Positions 28,524 through 41,660 of a stretch of 64,000 nucleotides of DNA are shown here, in pieces. Source of the DNA: Octopus vulgaris (Eukaryota); NCBI GenBank assembly GCA_951406725.2, contig OX597832.1:46066001-46130000 (forward strand), read 5' to 3'. Position 1 is the first letter of the stretch. The number at the start of each line of letters is the position of its first letter. The notes under the pieces are model-generated. The model was not told the origin of the DNA and searched no databases. It saw only the letters and a program-made list of their open reading frames with translations. Made by a program: the position numbers and the translations under genes.

Positions 28524-29179
28524 GAATATAAACAAGAAGGGTAGTAATATTATTTACTACCAGGTGTCCAGCACAAAAGACGAATTAGTCATAAGACAAA
28601 AATATTATTCATCTAGAAAAATATTATTCATGTAGTTATACAATTAAGGGCTCCTAAATAAAGATGCCGAGTGCTGGGAACACAAAAAGGGGATGAATTT
28701 ATCGAGAGTGAAAATCAAAAACGTTTACCGATAACTTTAACAACTCGTACCGCGGTTTCTGCTTCTTTCTAGCAAAACACAGAATATGTTTGCTAAGGCC
28801 AGCTTCATCAGCGAGTCGCCTGAATTTAATCGAGGTCTGCAGCGATGTGGGACTATGTGTTAAACCCGACTACTAGCAGATCTTAACTTTTCAAATCTCT
28901 GCGCAGACGCAAAATTTACACGGGCATGCCGGGAAGAATTTTACGAATAAATTCATCATGTAGTATGCGAATATAAACAAGAAGGGTAGTAATATTATTT
29001 ACTACCAGGTGCCCAGCACAAAAGACGAATTAGTCATAAGACAAAAATATTATTCATATAGAAAAATATTATTCATGTAGTTATACAATTAAGGGCTCCT
29101 AAAATTAAGGGCATGCCCGTGTAAATTTTGCGTCTGCGCAGAGATTTGAAAAGTTAAGATCTGCTAGTAGTCGGGTTTA
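28523..29179 (-). mobile_element. Non-autonomous Penelope-like / retrozyme-like element in (TA)n
   Basis: 136 bp direct repeats at 28523-28658 and 28968-29103 (2 mismatches), a 70 bp inverted copy (28861-28930 vs 29110-29179), an internal hammerhead motif, and (TA)n on both sides. Confidence 0.8.
28741..28818 (-). ncRNA. Type I minimal hammerhead ribozyme motif
   Basis: Minus strand: cgactcg-CTGATGA-agct...agca-GAAA-c-cgcg-GTA-cgagttg. 7 bp stem I (one G-U), intact core, palindromic 4 nt stem III loop. Confidence 0.8.
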
Positions 29180-29455
29180 TATATATATATATATATATCC
29201 AAGCGGGTACCAGATTCGGATTAAATTCTCCATTCGATAGAAGTGAGAACAATAGCAATCAAATATGCCGAGAAGAGGTCATTGTTTTATAACATCATAA
29301 TACACTTTAAATTGTAAATATGGATAATAACAATTGGCCGAAACGTAACGCAGGTGAAAAAAAATCAAAGACCCTATTAATTGACTGAACGATGATTAAA
29401 AAATGATTATTCTATGTATATTCTGTTTTCTTTAAACTGCGGCAAATAAATGAAA

Positions 29456-29499
<44 letters not shown>

Positions 29500-29882
29500 A
29501 TTAACATCATCATCATCATCATCGACGCCATCATCATCATCCTCATCACCATCGTATTCATCATCGTATTCATTATCATCATCGTATCCAATTGTGTGCT
29601 TGCATTAATGATGCTTATTTGCGTATTAAAAAAAAACAATTTTACAATGTGAGGACCGCTTTATAAGAAGGGAATATATGTCTGTAATAAAGTCAGTGAA
29701 TAATAATAATAATAAAATAGATCTGGTTTGGAAATGACAATTTCATTACGATCTTGTAGTGTTTTGTGCTGCAACAGAGGAACATATAAGTTTATTGAAA
29801 ATGTCTTTGATGTAGAAGACAAAGGAATAATACATTAGCGAAAAACGCCTCTCATCGCACGCAGACACACACATGTTTATAA

Positions 29883-29918
<36 letters not shown>

Positions 29919-30356
29919 TGAAGTCTGTGTTACCATTCTCATGAGTAACAGCTTAAATGTTCAATCAGAATTTATGCTAATAATATCTCTCCTGGCTATC
30001 ACGAGTTAGTTTGTTTTCTTTTTAAAGCATATTTCTCTTAGTAAAATAAAATTTCACTGTCTACATGATATTCTCCCTCTCCGCTGGATTATTTACTCTG
30101 AGCATTCATTCAATTATCGTGGGAAACTATCGAAAATATTTAGAAAGTCTCGAATGTCGTATGCGTTGTATTTTATTCTTTCACTTTTAAAAACAAATTA
30201 TGTAATTCAATCAAAGTTCAATTGAGTGTATTCTAAAAATGAGTCCATTAAACAATTGTCTGCGCTACATCTAAATTTACACGAGAAACATGCTTTTTAT
30301 ATTACGTGCAATTATCTCACATCGAAGCTACACGCATGTAAATATACAGGCAGATA

Positions 30357-30970
30357 AGGCGGCGAGCTAGCAGAAACGTTAGCACGCCGGGCGAAATGCG
30401 TAAGCGTAATTCGTCTGTCGTTACGTTCCGAGTTCGAATTCCTTTCAGGGTCGATAAATTAAGTACCAGTTACGCACTGGAGTCGATTACATCGCACTGG
30501 AGTCGATGTAATCGACTTAATTCCTTTGTCTGTCCTTGTTTGTCCCCTATATGTTTAGCCCCTTGTGGGTAATAAAGAAATACGTATTTTGTCTGTCGTT
30601 ACATTCAGAGTTCAAATTCCGCCGAGGTCGACTTTGCCTTTCGTCCTTTCAGGGTCGATAAATTAAGTACCAGTTACGCACTGGTGTCGATTACATCGCA
30701 CTGGAGTCGATGTAATCGACTTAATTCCTTTGTCTGTCCTTGTTTGTCCCCTCTATGTTTAGCCCCTTGCGGGTAATAAAGAAATACGTATTTTGTCTGT
30801 CGTTACGTTCAGAGTTCAAATTCCGCCGAGGTCGACTTTGCCTTTCGTCCTTTCAGGGTCTATAAATTAAATACCAGTTACGCACTGGTGTCGATGTAAT
30901 CGACTTAATCCCTTTGTCTGTCCTTGTTTGTCCCCTCTATGCTTAGCCCCTTGTGGGTAGTAAAGAAATA
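30357..30970 (+). mobile_element. SINE family B tandem trimer with one TSD
   Basis: TSD aatatacaggcagata at 30341-30356 and 30971-30986; three units behind one head. Confidence 0.92.
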
Positions 30971-32763
30971 AATATACAGGCAGATAGAGATATGAGGTAA
31001 AGAGTGACGTCACTTCACTTGCTAGAAATAACAGGCAACTTTCTCTTTGGATAAGAACCCACAGTCATAAAAGTATGAAGGATGCGCAGCCTATTTTGTA
31101 CTGAATATAGAACCAAGGGTATGAAGTATCCGAATCTCGATGATTTTACTGATATTTATGGTCACTCAGGACTGAGCTGAGGTTTAAAAAAATAACAACA
31201 GCAAACCGAGCGCTTTCATATAAACACATCACCATATATGTGCCCCAACACGTGAAGAGACACAGATACACTTCATAAAACGAAGATCTAACTTAAATGC
31301 ATTTGTTAAAAACTGCATGAAATATTTTGACCTTTATTGTTCTTTTATTGTTAGTTTCATTTTTATTAATTTCTCTGAATATCAAACTCTTTATACCCAT
31401 CAACAAGAACAAAATATATAATAATTTGCTTTGATTTGCAAACATTTACGGTCATTGACATTACCTGAGTAGCATCATGCATTATAGTTGAACCTCATAC
31501 GTTTTTTCGACCATTAAGATATAGAAAATATAGTTTTGGTCGGATATTGAATGCGCATTGCGAAAATTTTATTAATAATTTGTCATAAAAGATGCTTATC
31601 TCGGATGATATTTTAACGCATCTTCATTCTGAATTTCACTCAGCAGATATAGGTATTAATAGGTGGTACATTCTAGATAAGGCAGCATTTTGACAGAAAG
31701 GAAATTAAAATTGTCACATAAGCGAGTTGGAAATACCTCCCGTATTGACTAACAATTTAGTTGTCCTTCGTAACAAATATCTCATATTTCGAATAAAGGA
31801 AATATTCCATTGTTTTATTCCAAACAGAATTAACTGCGTTAAGTAGTAAGAAGCTTGTTACGTAAACATAGCGGTGCGTACCATTTTGGCGAGAGGAATG
31901 AAATTAGCAGTAGACATTTCAAGTCTAAATCGTATTGTGCAATCTTCCTAACTTTATGTGTTGCAAGCGTTGTTTGGATATGACAACAATCAAATAATCC
32001 CCATAATACCTTGATATATATGAAATGCTAAATCCTCTTCAGAATGCTATGATATAATTTAGTGTTTATGATCAACAATTCTGATCTCCGCTCAAAGAAA
32101 ATGATTCAGTTATTCAGAACACTCATGATAAATGTGTATCAAAATTTCCCTAACCATTTATTTACGCATTGTACATATATTTAGGCATCATACATACACG
32201 ACGCACAAAATAAACTGAGATTGAGCGTTGCTGCAACTACATGACTTATCAAGTAACGAACAAGGATCATAGAATCATGAAGATGTACATACCATTGGGT
32301 TTTGAATGGTTTTTAATGGTGTGCTTCATATATTCCCCTGATGAAAATATATATATAGAGAGAGAGTGAGAATTCACAAAGGAACACAGAAAGAAACAAG
32401 GAGAGAAAACAAAGAATGTGTTGTGGCTAATTAGAACGTTCTGCAATATAGTCAAAGCAGTTATCGTATTTAAAATTTTAGGGAGTTTTTGGCACATCAG
32501 TAAAACATGTGTGTATAAATATTATAAACAGCCAATACATTGGGTGTTTAAAATTTCTGCCAAAACAAAAGATTCCTGCACCCAAGAACCCGAGCCATAG
32601 CCTTGTATACATTAGCTGCTAAAAGATACATATATCTACACTCTCTCTTTCCATCTCTCTCTCCCTCTTTCACTGTCACTCTCTCTGTATCTCTTTCTCT
32701 CTTTCTCTCTTTCTCTCTCTCTCTCTATCTATATATATATATATATATACATGTGTGTATATA

Positions 32764-32811
<48 letters not shown>

Positions 32812-32843
32812 AACACATATATGTATATAATATATATACATGC

Positions 32844-32886
<43 letters not shown>

Positions 32887-33142
32887 ATGTAAATGTATGT
32901 ATATCTGTATGTATAATATAAACATACATCTGTTAATTTATATGTATATTAAATATAATTCCCAGTTGTAAACAGCTGCTTCTTATAAACGGACCCATCA
33001 CGAATGAATTGAAAATGGGAAAAATGATTAAAGAATTAATAATATATATATTAAGCCAGAAGGAATAAAAAAAACAATGGTGATAAAAGAACCAAACGGA
33101 AGAATAACAATTACCAGTGACCTACCTTTCCATCTGTAAACA

Positions 33143-33545
33143 CGTGGCTGTGTGGTAAGTAGCTTGCTAACCAACCACATGGTTCCGGGTTCAGTCCCAC
33201 TGCGTGGCATCTTGGGCAAGTGCCTTCTGCTATAGCCCCGGGCCGACCAATGCCTTGTGAGTGGATTTGGTAGACGGAAACTGAAAAAAGCCCGCGGTAT
33301 ATATGTATATATGTGCGTGAGTGTGTTTGTGTGTCTGTGTTTGTCCCCCTAGCATTGCTTGACAACCGATGCTGGTGTGTTTACGTCCCTGTCACCTAGC
33401 GGTTCGGCAAAAGGGACCGATAGAATAAGTACTGGGCTTACAAAGAATAAGTCCCGGGGTCGATTTGTTCGACTAAAGGCGGTGCTCCAGCATGGCCGCA
33501 GTCAAATGACTGAAACAAGTAAAAGAGTAAAGAGTAAAAAGAGTA
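33143..33545 (+). mobile_element. SINE family A, full length
   Basis: Closely matches 13597-13995. Confidence 0.9.
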
Positions 33546-33726
33546 TATATATATATATGCATATAGGTGTGTGTCCCCGACTATGTATACATACATTCTT
33601 ACATACATAGGCATACACTTATTCACAGATACATACATACAGACACACACATATATATAATATATATGTATGAATGTGCGTGTTTGTTTGTGCATGTGTT
33701 TGTGCGTATGTGTATGTATGTTTGTT

Positions 33727-34130
33727 GGCTGTGTCGTAAGAAGCTTGCTTCCCAACCACTAAGTTCCGGGTTCAGTCCCACTGCGTGGCACCTTGGGCAA
33801 GTGTCTTCTACTGTAACCGCGTGCCGACCAAAGCCGAGTGAATTGAGTTGGTGGACGGAATTTGAAAGATGCCCCTCGTATATATATATATATGTATGTA
33901 TTTATGTTTGTGTGTCTTTGTTGTGTCTGTGTTTGTCCCCCACCAGATATCGCTTGATAACCGATGTTGGTAGGTTTGCGTCTACGTAATCTAGCGGTTC
34001 GGCAAAGGCGACTGATAGAATAAGTGCCAGGCTTACGAAGAATAAATCCTTGAGTCGATTTGTTCGAATAAAGGCGGTGGTCTAGTATGGCCGGTGCCAA
34101 AACGACTGAAAGAAATAAAAAGATAAAAGA
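33727..34130 (+). mobile_element. SINE family A, diverged
   Basis: gggttcagtcccactgcgtggcaccttgggcaagtgtcttc...gactgaaag. Confidence 0.85.
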
Positions 34131-34234
34131 ATGTATATATATATATGTTTATATATATATGTATCTCACTGTGTCTGTGTTTGTGTGTGTATATATATAA
34201 AGAGGGAGAGGGAGAGAGAGAGATACAGACAAAC

Positions 34235-34308
<74 letters not shown>

Positions 34309-34313
34309 GTAGG

Positions 34314-34374
<61 letters not shown>

Positions 34375-34446
34375 GGATGGATGGATGGATGGATGGATGG
34401 ATGGATGGATGGATGGATGGATGGATGGATGGATGGATGGATGGAT
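34235..34446. repeat. (GATA)n(GGAT)n microsatellite
   Basis: Direct reading. Confidence 0.95.
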
Positions 34447-34726
34447 ATGTAGATAGATTGATAGGCAAACACAAACAGACAGATAAATAGAGAGATAGAT
34501 AGATTAACAGATGGATTGATATAGATTTATACAAAGTGCACTCCCAAAATTTTGAAACTGTTCAGGAGAGACACTATTTGATATCAAAGAAGTAAAAAAA
34601 CCCTTTAATATCCCTCAAAGTAGACTTCTCTAACTGCAACACTTTGATAGTAGGGCGGCAGCTGGCGCTCTAAATTTTCGAGATTGAATTTGTTCACGAT
34701 CCTTGTCACAACCTGTTTCGAGTTAA

Positions 34727-34978
34727 GGGCTCTCAAAAGGAACTCTTCGAATCGATTAAGAATTTGATGTTTATACGAAATGTCGGATGAGAGTTCAACA
34801 TTTTTAAGAAATAGGCAGATAAATTGGTAGATAAAAATTCAGGGGTAAATAGGGAGATAAGTGGGTACCTATTTATCTAAACTTTTTGCCCCTCAATTTT
34901 AAAATTTTGATATCTCATCCGACATTTTGTATTAACATCAAATCCTTAATCGATTCGAACAGTTCCTCTTGGAAGCCC
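34727..34978. mobile_element. MITE with ~80 bp imperfect TIRs (possibly PIF/Harbinger-like)
   Basis: gggctctcaaaaggaactcttcgaatcgattaagaatttgatg...gtcggatgaga is inverted at ~34898-34978; flanks taa and tta. Sits in a possible mariner remnant. Confidence 0.7.
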
Positions 34979-35110
34979 TTACACTGAATTTTTATCTCTT
35001 TATTTGTCACTCCTCCATTCGGGACCTGAAGCCAAAGTACATGATGCATAGTTTTCACATATGATTTTTACATGTAATTTTGTTCACTGATTTATAAATT
35101 TATATATATA

Positions 35111-35629
35111 CTAGCAGTATCGCCCGGCGTTGCTCGGGTTTGTAAGGGAAATAACTATATAAGCATTTTTAGAGAGTTACTTCCCTTATAGATGCCAATT
35201 CGGGCTTTCTTAGCCATTTCTGTTTTGGTGTCTTCAAGCCATGAAGTCGTTGTTCTAAAAGAACGCTGGTCTACTTGACAACGCATTACAACGTTGATTT
35301 CTTTACACTCCCTTCCCCACAGCTTAACGCGGGAGGGAAGAAGGGGGAGAAGCAAACACAGGTGCAGGTGTTTGAGCGTGGACGCCAACTCCGCCGCCAT
35401 CGACACACGAAAAATTATGCATTAAAATGGAATAAAAAATGATGTTAAATTATTTTTAAAAAATCGTAGACTCATCGTAGACGCGCGCTAATAGCCAGAC
35501 GGACTCGATATTAATCACGACTATAAGATACCCGAATTTGGTTAAACTGCACCGCAAAATGTGGGAGGAGTTAGGAATCTAAATCGTAGGAGACAGACAC
35601 TCACACAACTACAGTTTTATATATATAGA
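35111..35629 (-). mobile_element. Non-autonomous Helitron, same 3' end as 18118/19169 but different body
   Basis: Minus strand A|TC...hairpin cccgagcaacgccggg...CTAG|T; only ~65 bp of the 3' end is shared with the 18 kb copies. Confidence 0.82.
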
Positions 35630-35814
35630 TATATTTAATTCGCTGTGTGTTTTAAATTACGCTTTGTATTGATTGCCCGGATCTGTTCCTTCTATAATTT
35701 CCCTTATCCTTCGAATCGTCGCAATGAACACTTCTTAATACAGTCCATATATTGCGAAGTATATATGTTTTTAAAACATATTTTATAAGAAAATTTAACT
35801 TTGTATATACATAT

Positions 35815-36106
35815 GTCACCGTGATCACCGTGACCGACCAGGCCATCAGATGTTATTACACATCGCTGGTCACAATGCGCTTCGCATTGTTTTAGCCTTC
35901 AAATGACGCCACCCCGCTGGCTAAGCGAGCAGGCCAACAGAAGAAAGAGTGAGAGAAATTTGTCGCGAAAGAGTACAGCAGGGATCGCCACCACCACCTG
36001 CCGGAGCCTCGTGGAGCTTTAGGTGTTTCCGCTCAGTAAACACTCACAACGCCCGGTCTGGGAATCGAAGCTGCGATCCTACGACCGCTAGGCCATTGCG
36101 CCTCCA
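35815..36106 (-). mobile_element. SINE family C head with alternative tail 2
   Basis: 35945-36106 matches the family C head; 35815-35945 is unrelated to the usual tail. Confidence 0.8.
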
Positions 36107-36708
36107 TATGCATATGTATATATGTATATATGCATTAATTTATGATAGCATATTGTGTACCGCTGGGTATATGTGTAAATATGGCACGTATTTAATATTA
36201 TGTCACCCCGTAAAATAAGTAAGCTATTATCTTCCAAGAAAGAGAATATTCCCTTATGTCACGTTGAAATCATATACAATCAATCTACTTTTTTATGAAA
36301 AGTTATCGTTTACGAAAACTGAATTTTCCTTTAATAAAATATCTTTTTTCTCGTTAACATATGAAGCAAAATGGGACAGGATAGCATAACTTCAGTTACA
36401 GGCAACTTGTTTATGATATCCTTATCATGAAAAGAAAAATATTTATATGATACGAGATAACATTAGAAAGAAATCTCACAACGAACGATATTCCACATCT
36501 ACCGAGCTAGCAAGGCAGATGAGGATATTATTGCCTACTTGAGCTGACTTATTTCTCTGTATATAAATAAAATAATGATAATTCTATAAAACCAAATCTA
36601 GTTTTTTGTAAAATTTTATTTCCTCTGAAAATTCGAAAGAGCTAAATCACGTTTTCTATCCAAAGAGTTTGTAACCCAATGTTTATACGTTCTTATTTTA
36701 AAGCTTTA

Positions 36709-36941
36709 AAGGCGGCGAGCTGGCAGAACCGTTAGCACGCCGGGCGAAATGCGTAGCCGTATTTCGTCTGCCGTTACGTTCTGAGTTCAAATTCCGCCGA
36801 GGTCGACTTTGCCTTTCATCCTTTCGGGGTCGATAAATTAAGTACCAGTTACGCACTGGGGTCGATATAATCGACTTAATCCGTTTGTCTGTCCTTGTTT
36901 GTCCTCTCTATGTTTAGCCCCTTGTGGGTAGTAAAGAAATA
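36709..36941 (+). mobile_element. SINE family B monomer, reference copy
   Basis: A-box-like agctggcagaaccgttag, B box gagttcaaattcc, Meta/MESC-like core; 17 bp TSD cttattttaaagcttta at 36692-36708 and 36942-36958. Confidence 0.93.
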
Positions 36942-37654
36942 CTTATTTTAAAGCTTTATATATACCGAGTGCCACCGTTAAAAGTATTAGAATAAAAAAT
37001 ATCTCAGAATACCAGCTGAAAAATTTTAGAACACACTTCCCCCATGCTTTAAACAGGTTTAACTACTTAGATAACGATCTCCACATCACCGCCTCTCGTT
37101 CATTGATGCAATTTTCCAGTTTCAAAGTGACCTAAATTAAAAACTTATATCAGAATTCCATGTTAATTTACCCCGAACTGCAAGTTAATAACGATTACGC
37201 CATGTTACTGAATTACTCATTATTTTCAGAAATAATTTAAGCAAAATCAATACCTTCCATTCGAAATATGTTGATAAAATAGTTAAACGCAACGTTTAAT
37301 GGTGCCGGGAAAGAGTTTCAGGTGTCAAATTAATGCACATTCATCATTAAAATAGATTTAATCGATATTACATGGATCCTATGTATGTAACGTCTTGCAG
37401 AGATCTGAAACACCCTACTTATTTATAACATTCTTATACAACATTTATTTTTAAAAAATCATATGTGGTTGTTCACTGATACTACGGGGGCGATTTTTAA
37501 AATGATGTTTAACGTCCAAACATTGCTGACTTGTGTAGTGATATCAAAGAGCAGGCATCAAACCCCGTCTCTGTATTCTGCTGCTTTCCATTACTAAGAA
37601 AAGACTATGATGGGAAAGATTTAAAGAACCGAGGACAAAGATGTTTGTCACAAA

Positions 37655-37734
<80 letters not shown>

Positions 37735-37940
37735 CAAATGAAAGACAGAAAAATTATTAATCATGAAAATTGTTTCGGTACAACTAGCATTGATTCCTCA
37801 TGGGAGGGACACTCAACAACTGGTTCAGGAGCATCCGGTGGTGCAGATGTTTCTCCTCGGGTGATAAACAAATATAACTCATTAAAATGACCATTCCGCA
37901 ATGTCATTTTCCGTTTTGCATATATGTATATATATATATT

Positions 37941-38228
37941 TATATATGAAAAAACAAGTCAAAATAGAAAATGCTAAAATAATTTTATAAAGAACATTTC
38001 AGTACCGGTTTCGGTCATATTGAGACCTTTTCAACTGTAACGATTAAATAATTAAATTTAGAAAAATGAAAAGAAAAGTTTTTTTAAAGGAATATTTGTA
38101 TAGTGTTCAAATATAAGTGGCATTCTGCCTTTCTCTGTCTCCCTTGTTTGCACTTGTGTGTTCGAGGCCTCGAACACATATATGCCTATTGTTTTTTCAT
38201 ATATATCAACTCGTGTGTTCCTTTTCAC

Positions 38229-38232
<4 letters not shown>
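37941..38232 (-). mobile_element. (TA)n-embedded Penelope-like mini-element with a variant hammerhead
   Basis: Inverted ends tatatatgaaaaaacaa / ttgttttttcatatata; hammerhead-like fold at 37998-38040 (-). Confidence 0.6.
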
Positions 38233-38285
<53 letters not shown>

Positions 38286-38298
<13 letters not shown>

Positions 38299-38566
38299 TT
38301 CGAGACAAAACCACTATTTTGCAAAACAAAATTAAAACAGATTAGGAGATCGAAAATCCACCTGACGAATGTAAACGATTGTAGTGGCGGTTTATTTCTT
38401 TATATTAAAAATTTTTATGTATTGATTAAGTCTTTCCTTGTTTGTTTTGCAAAATAGTGGTTTTGTCTCGAATTAATATTATATAATATTTTACTCTAAA
38501 ATTGGATTTAATCCTAAATCTGACTTTTTCCCTGTAAATTTGGATTTATTCCCTAATATTTATTAT
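38286..38566 (+). mobile_element. (TA)n-embedded fold-back mini-element
   Basis: ~44 bp inverted repeats at 38286-38330 and 38441-38484 around a degenerate hammerhead-like motif at 38358-38387. Confidence 0.6.
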
Positions 38567-38574
38567 TATATATA

Positions 38575-38621
<47 letters not shown>

Positions 38622-38641
38622 ATATATATGTATATATAACA

Positions 38642-38902
38642 TGTTGTTCTTCTCAAGACAAGTCAGGCTCATAGGGCCGGTTTCCCGGTTTCCTTGGCGT
38701 ATAGGTTCCCCACCAGGACGAGACGCCGGTCCGTCGCAGGTTAGCTGCAAGATGCAGGAGGCAAGAGCGAGAGAAAGTTGTGGCGAAAGAGTCAGCAGAA
38801 GTTCGCCATTACTGTCTGCCGGAGCCGCGTGCATCTTACGTGTTTCGCACATAAACACGCACATTGCCAGGTCTGAGATTCGCACCTGCGATACCGCGAC
38901 CT
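38642..38902 (-). mobile_element. SINE with diverged family C body and V-domain-like tail
   Basis: Minus strand cctgcgacggaccggcgtctcgtcctggtgggg resembles the V-SINE core (cctgcgatggactggcg..ctgtccagggtg); gagagaaagttgtggcgaaagag is shared with family C. Confidence 0.65.
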
Positions 38903-38917
38903 TGTGGTATTTTCCTC

Positions 38918-38966
<49 letters not shown>

Positions 38967-39369
38967 ATATATTATTTATATACAGAATATAATCCTATGC
39001 CACTCGCTATTTTGGCACTTCACATTTGTTGTGCCTACATGTTACGTGCTATAAGCACATATATTTGTCTATATAAGTGGCTATACCGAGACACAAACAC
39101 TCGCTTGTGCGTACACATGCGGGAACACGTACACATGTATATATAAACACACACAGACACACAGACACACATACATATACATATATATATATGTATCTAA
39201 ATATGAGTCTGTGTGCACTCGCACGCATATGTGTAGGTGTTCTGTTAGAATATGTACATTTGTACATTCGCCATGACTTTTTTTTTTGTCAAAATTGAAG
39301 CAATTAAGGAATATTGATATTACCTTTATCATTATCAAGGTATTACCTGCTACTTTAGCAGGGATGTTA

Positions 39370-40000
39370 TCTTCAGGTTTGGCGTCATGAAGTCTCGTCA
39401 CATGTGAAGTATCTTTCTAAGAATTCTTACTTATCACATGACGGCACTTTAATGTCTCTCGAAAACACCTGTTTCGATTCCAATATCCTTCAACTTTTTA
39501 GGTGCTATTGTGATGATGTGCCGTGTGGAACAATTACTACAGGAACAGTTATCACTTTGGGTTTCCATAATCTCTTCATCTCTCTGATCCGGCCTTGTTA
39601 TTTCTCAAATTATTTTCAAATTTTTTTGCTATCCACTTAATTATCATACAATATTGCAGAGACCTTCATTTGATGCTTTTTGTTCTCTCATCCGCATTTC
39701 GTCTCCATGCTTCTAAAATATGGCTAGTCTTTGTTCAGAAATCCCACAAAATCCAGCAATTAACATTCTTCAGCGCAACCTCTGGTTCCTCTTCATATCA
39801 TTCTTTGTCACCTTGAATCCACGCATTCGGTTAACATCCCCCAGTTCTCTCTTTTATTGTTACAATCATTCCAGCGCTGATACCATTTTTATGAGCTAGC
39901 CTACAACATTCACTTAAGAGATGGTTAATATTTTCGTTTCACTTTTGATAATGTCAAAGAGATTTGCTCTCTTTGTCTTTATCAAGTTCGTTATAAGTGC
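39370..40000 (-). pseudogene. Decayed R4/Dong-like 3' fragment
   Basis: Minus-strand motifs across frameshifts: ENINHLLSEC, YEEEPE, ILWDF, REMKRLWKPKVITVPVVIV, RILRKIL. Confidence 0.75.
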
Positions 40001-40278
40001 TTGTTGCTAAGCGGTTGCAATTATCGATTCAGTCACTCGTTGCAGGCTTTCATATGTCAGTCATAATCAGCATTCCTTACTTCCAACGCGGTGGGTTTTA
40101 TTGGATGAATTGGCAACATAACCCCGTATCGTTGCAGCCATATGCTCCGACACATGTCCATTCCCTCATGAATTTTCCTACTATTTCACTGACGAATTGG
40201 GGGTAGATTTCACTGCAAACTGCATTTATTCTACACTATGCACAATATAGTTTTTCAAAACCTTGACTGTCAATATAT

Positions 40279-40506
40279 ATTTCTTTACTACCCACAAGGG
40301 GCTAAACACAGAGGGAACAAACAAGGACAGACATAGGTATTAAGTCGATTACATCGACCCCAGTTCGTAACTGGTACTTAATTTATCGACCCCGAAAGGA
40401 TGAAAGGCAAAGTCGACCTCGGCGGAATTTGAACTCACAACGTAACGCAGACGAAATACCGCTAAGCATTTCGCCCGGTGTGCTAACGTTTCTGCCAGCT
40501 CGCCGT
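40279..40506 (-). mobile_element. SINE family B monomer
   Basis: Reverse complement of 36709-36941; flanking repeat ttgactgtcaatat at 40263-40276 and 40513-40526. Confidence 0.9.
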
Positions 40507-40754
40507 CTTATATTGACTGTCAATATCACTGCACAGTTGGTGCGTTCTGTCTTTAACGCACATCTGGCCCCTTCCTTTTCTTGGCAATAAGTACATCCTG
40601 TCGATATTACTTGCAGGTGGAATGCGTTACACATTGTGCGCAACATCTATATTGTGTATCTAATTATGATGAGTCTGGCTTTGCCTGTTTTAGAATCACT
40701 ACGGCGTCGGACAAATGTAAAGTACTAAGTGCGATGGAATCGATTAACCCCATA

Positions 40755-41113
40755 AGGCGGCGAGCTGGCAGAAACGTTAGCACGCTGGGCGAATAGCTTA
40801 GCGGTATTTCGTCTGCCGTTATGTTCTGAGTTCAAATTCCGCCGAGGTCGATTTTGCCTTTCATCCTTCCGGGGATCGATAAATTAAGTACCAGTTACGC
40901 ACTGGTGTCGATGTAATCGACTTAATCCGTCTGTCTCTCCTTGTTTGTCCCCTCAGTTTTTATTCCCTTGCGGGTAGTAAAGAAATAGAAATAGATATTT
41001 CGTCTGCCGTTACGTTCTGAGTTTAAATTCCGCCTAGGTCGATTTTGCCTTTCATCCTTCCGGGGGTCGTTAAATTAAGTACCAGTTACGCACTGGTGTC
41101 GATGTAATCGACT
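40755..41113 (+). mobile_element. SINE family B dimer, second unit truncated
   Basis: Junction gaaatagaaatagatatttcg near 40990. Confidence 0.88.
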
Positions 41114-41517
41114 TCTAACCTAAGGGCGCATAAATAAATAACCTAAGGGCGCATAAATAAATAAAATCAGTTAACGTATTCGCATAAGTGCAATTCTGTG
41201 AAATATTTACGTGTCAGATACATGCAATTTTGTTTTTTCCTTTTTTTACGTTTATGGAAAAAATGGAAAAATAAGATTGTATATTTATTTTATGAGTGCT
41301 GTGTATTAAGTCAATAAAATTGTGCAGAAAGTATATAAAATGCATTAAGTAATCATCGTATTCCAATTTCTTTTCCTTTTCAATGAGTATCAGATGAGAC
41401 CCTATTTTCCATATAGACACAACACAGGCTACGCTTTCAACTTTTTTGGATAAAGTTTTTTCAGAAATAACCTAATAGGTTTACCATTAATTCCGAGAAA
41501 TGTTTAGAGGTCCCGCT

Positions 41518-41660
<143 letters not shown>

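Noticed and set aside
34530-34720. Mariner-like C-terminal remnant around the MITE
   Set aside because: Similarity rests on a short frameshifted KC..YFEG-like stretch; not enough to annotate separately.
37760-37805. Possible hammerhead on the minus strand (ATGAGGA...GAAAC-AATT-TTC)
   Set aside because: Needs several substitutions, and stems I and II do not close; too weak to call.
41117-41165. Short tandem duplications here and at 17385-17420 and 45396-45434
   Set aside because: Ordinary 18-25 bp slippage duplications at repeat edges.
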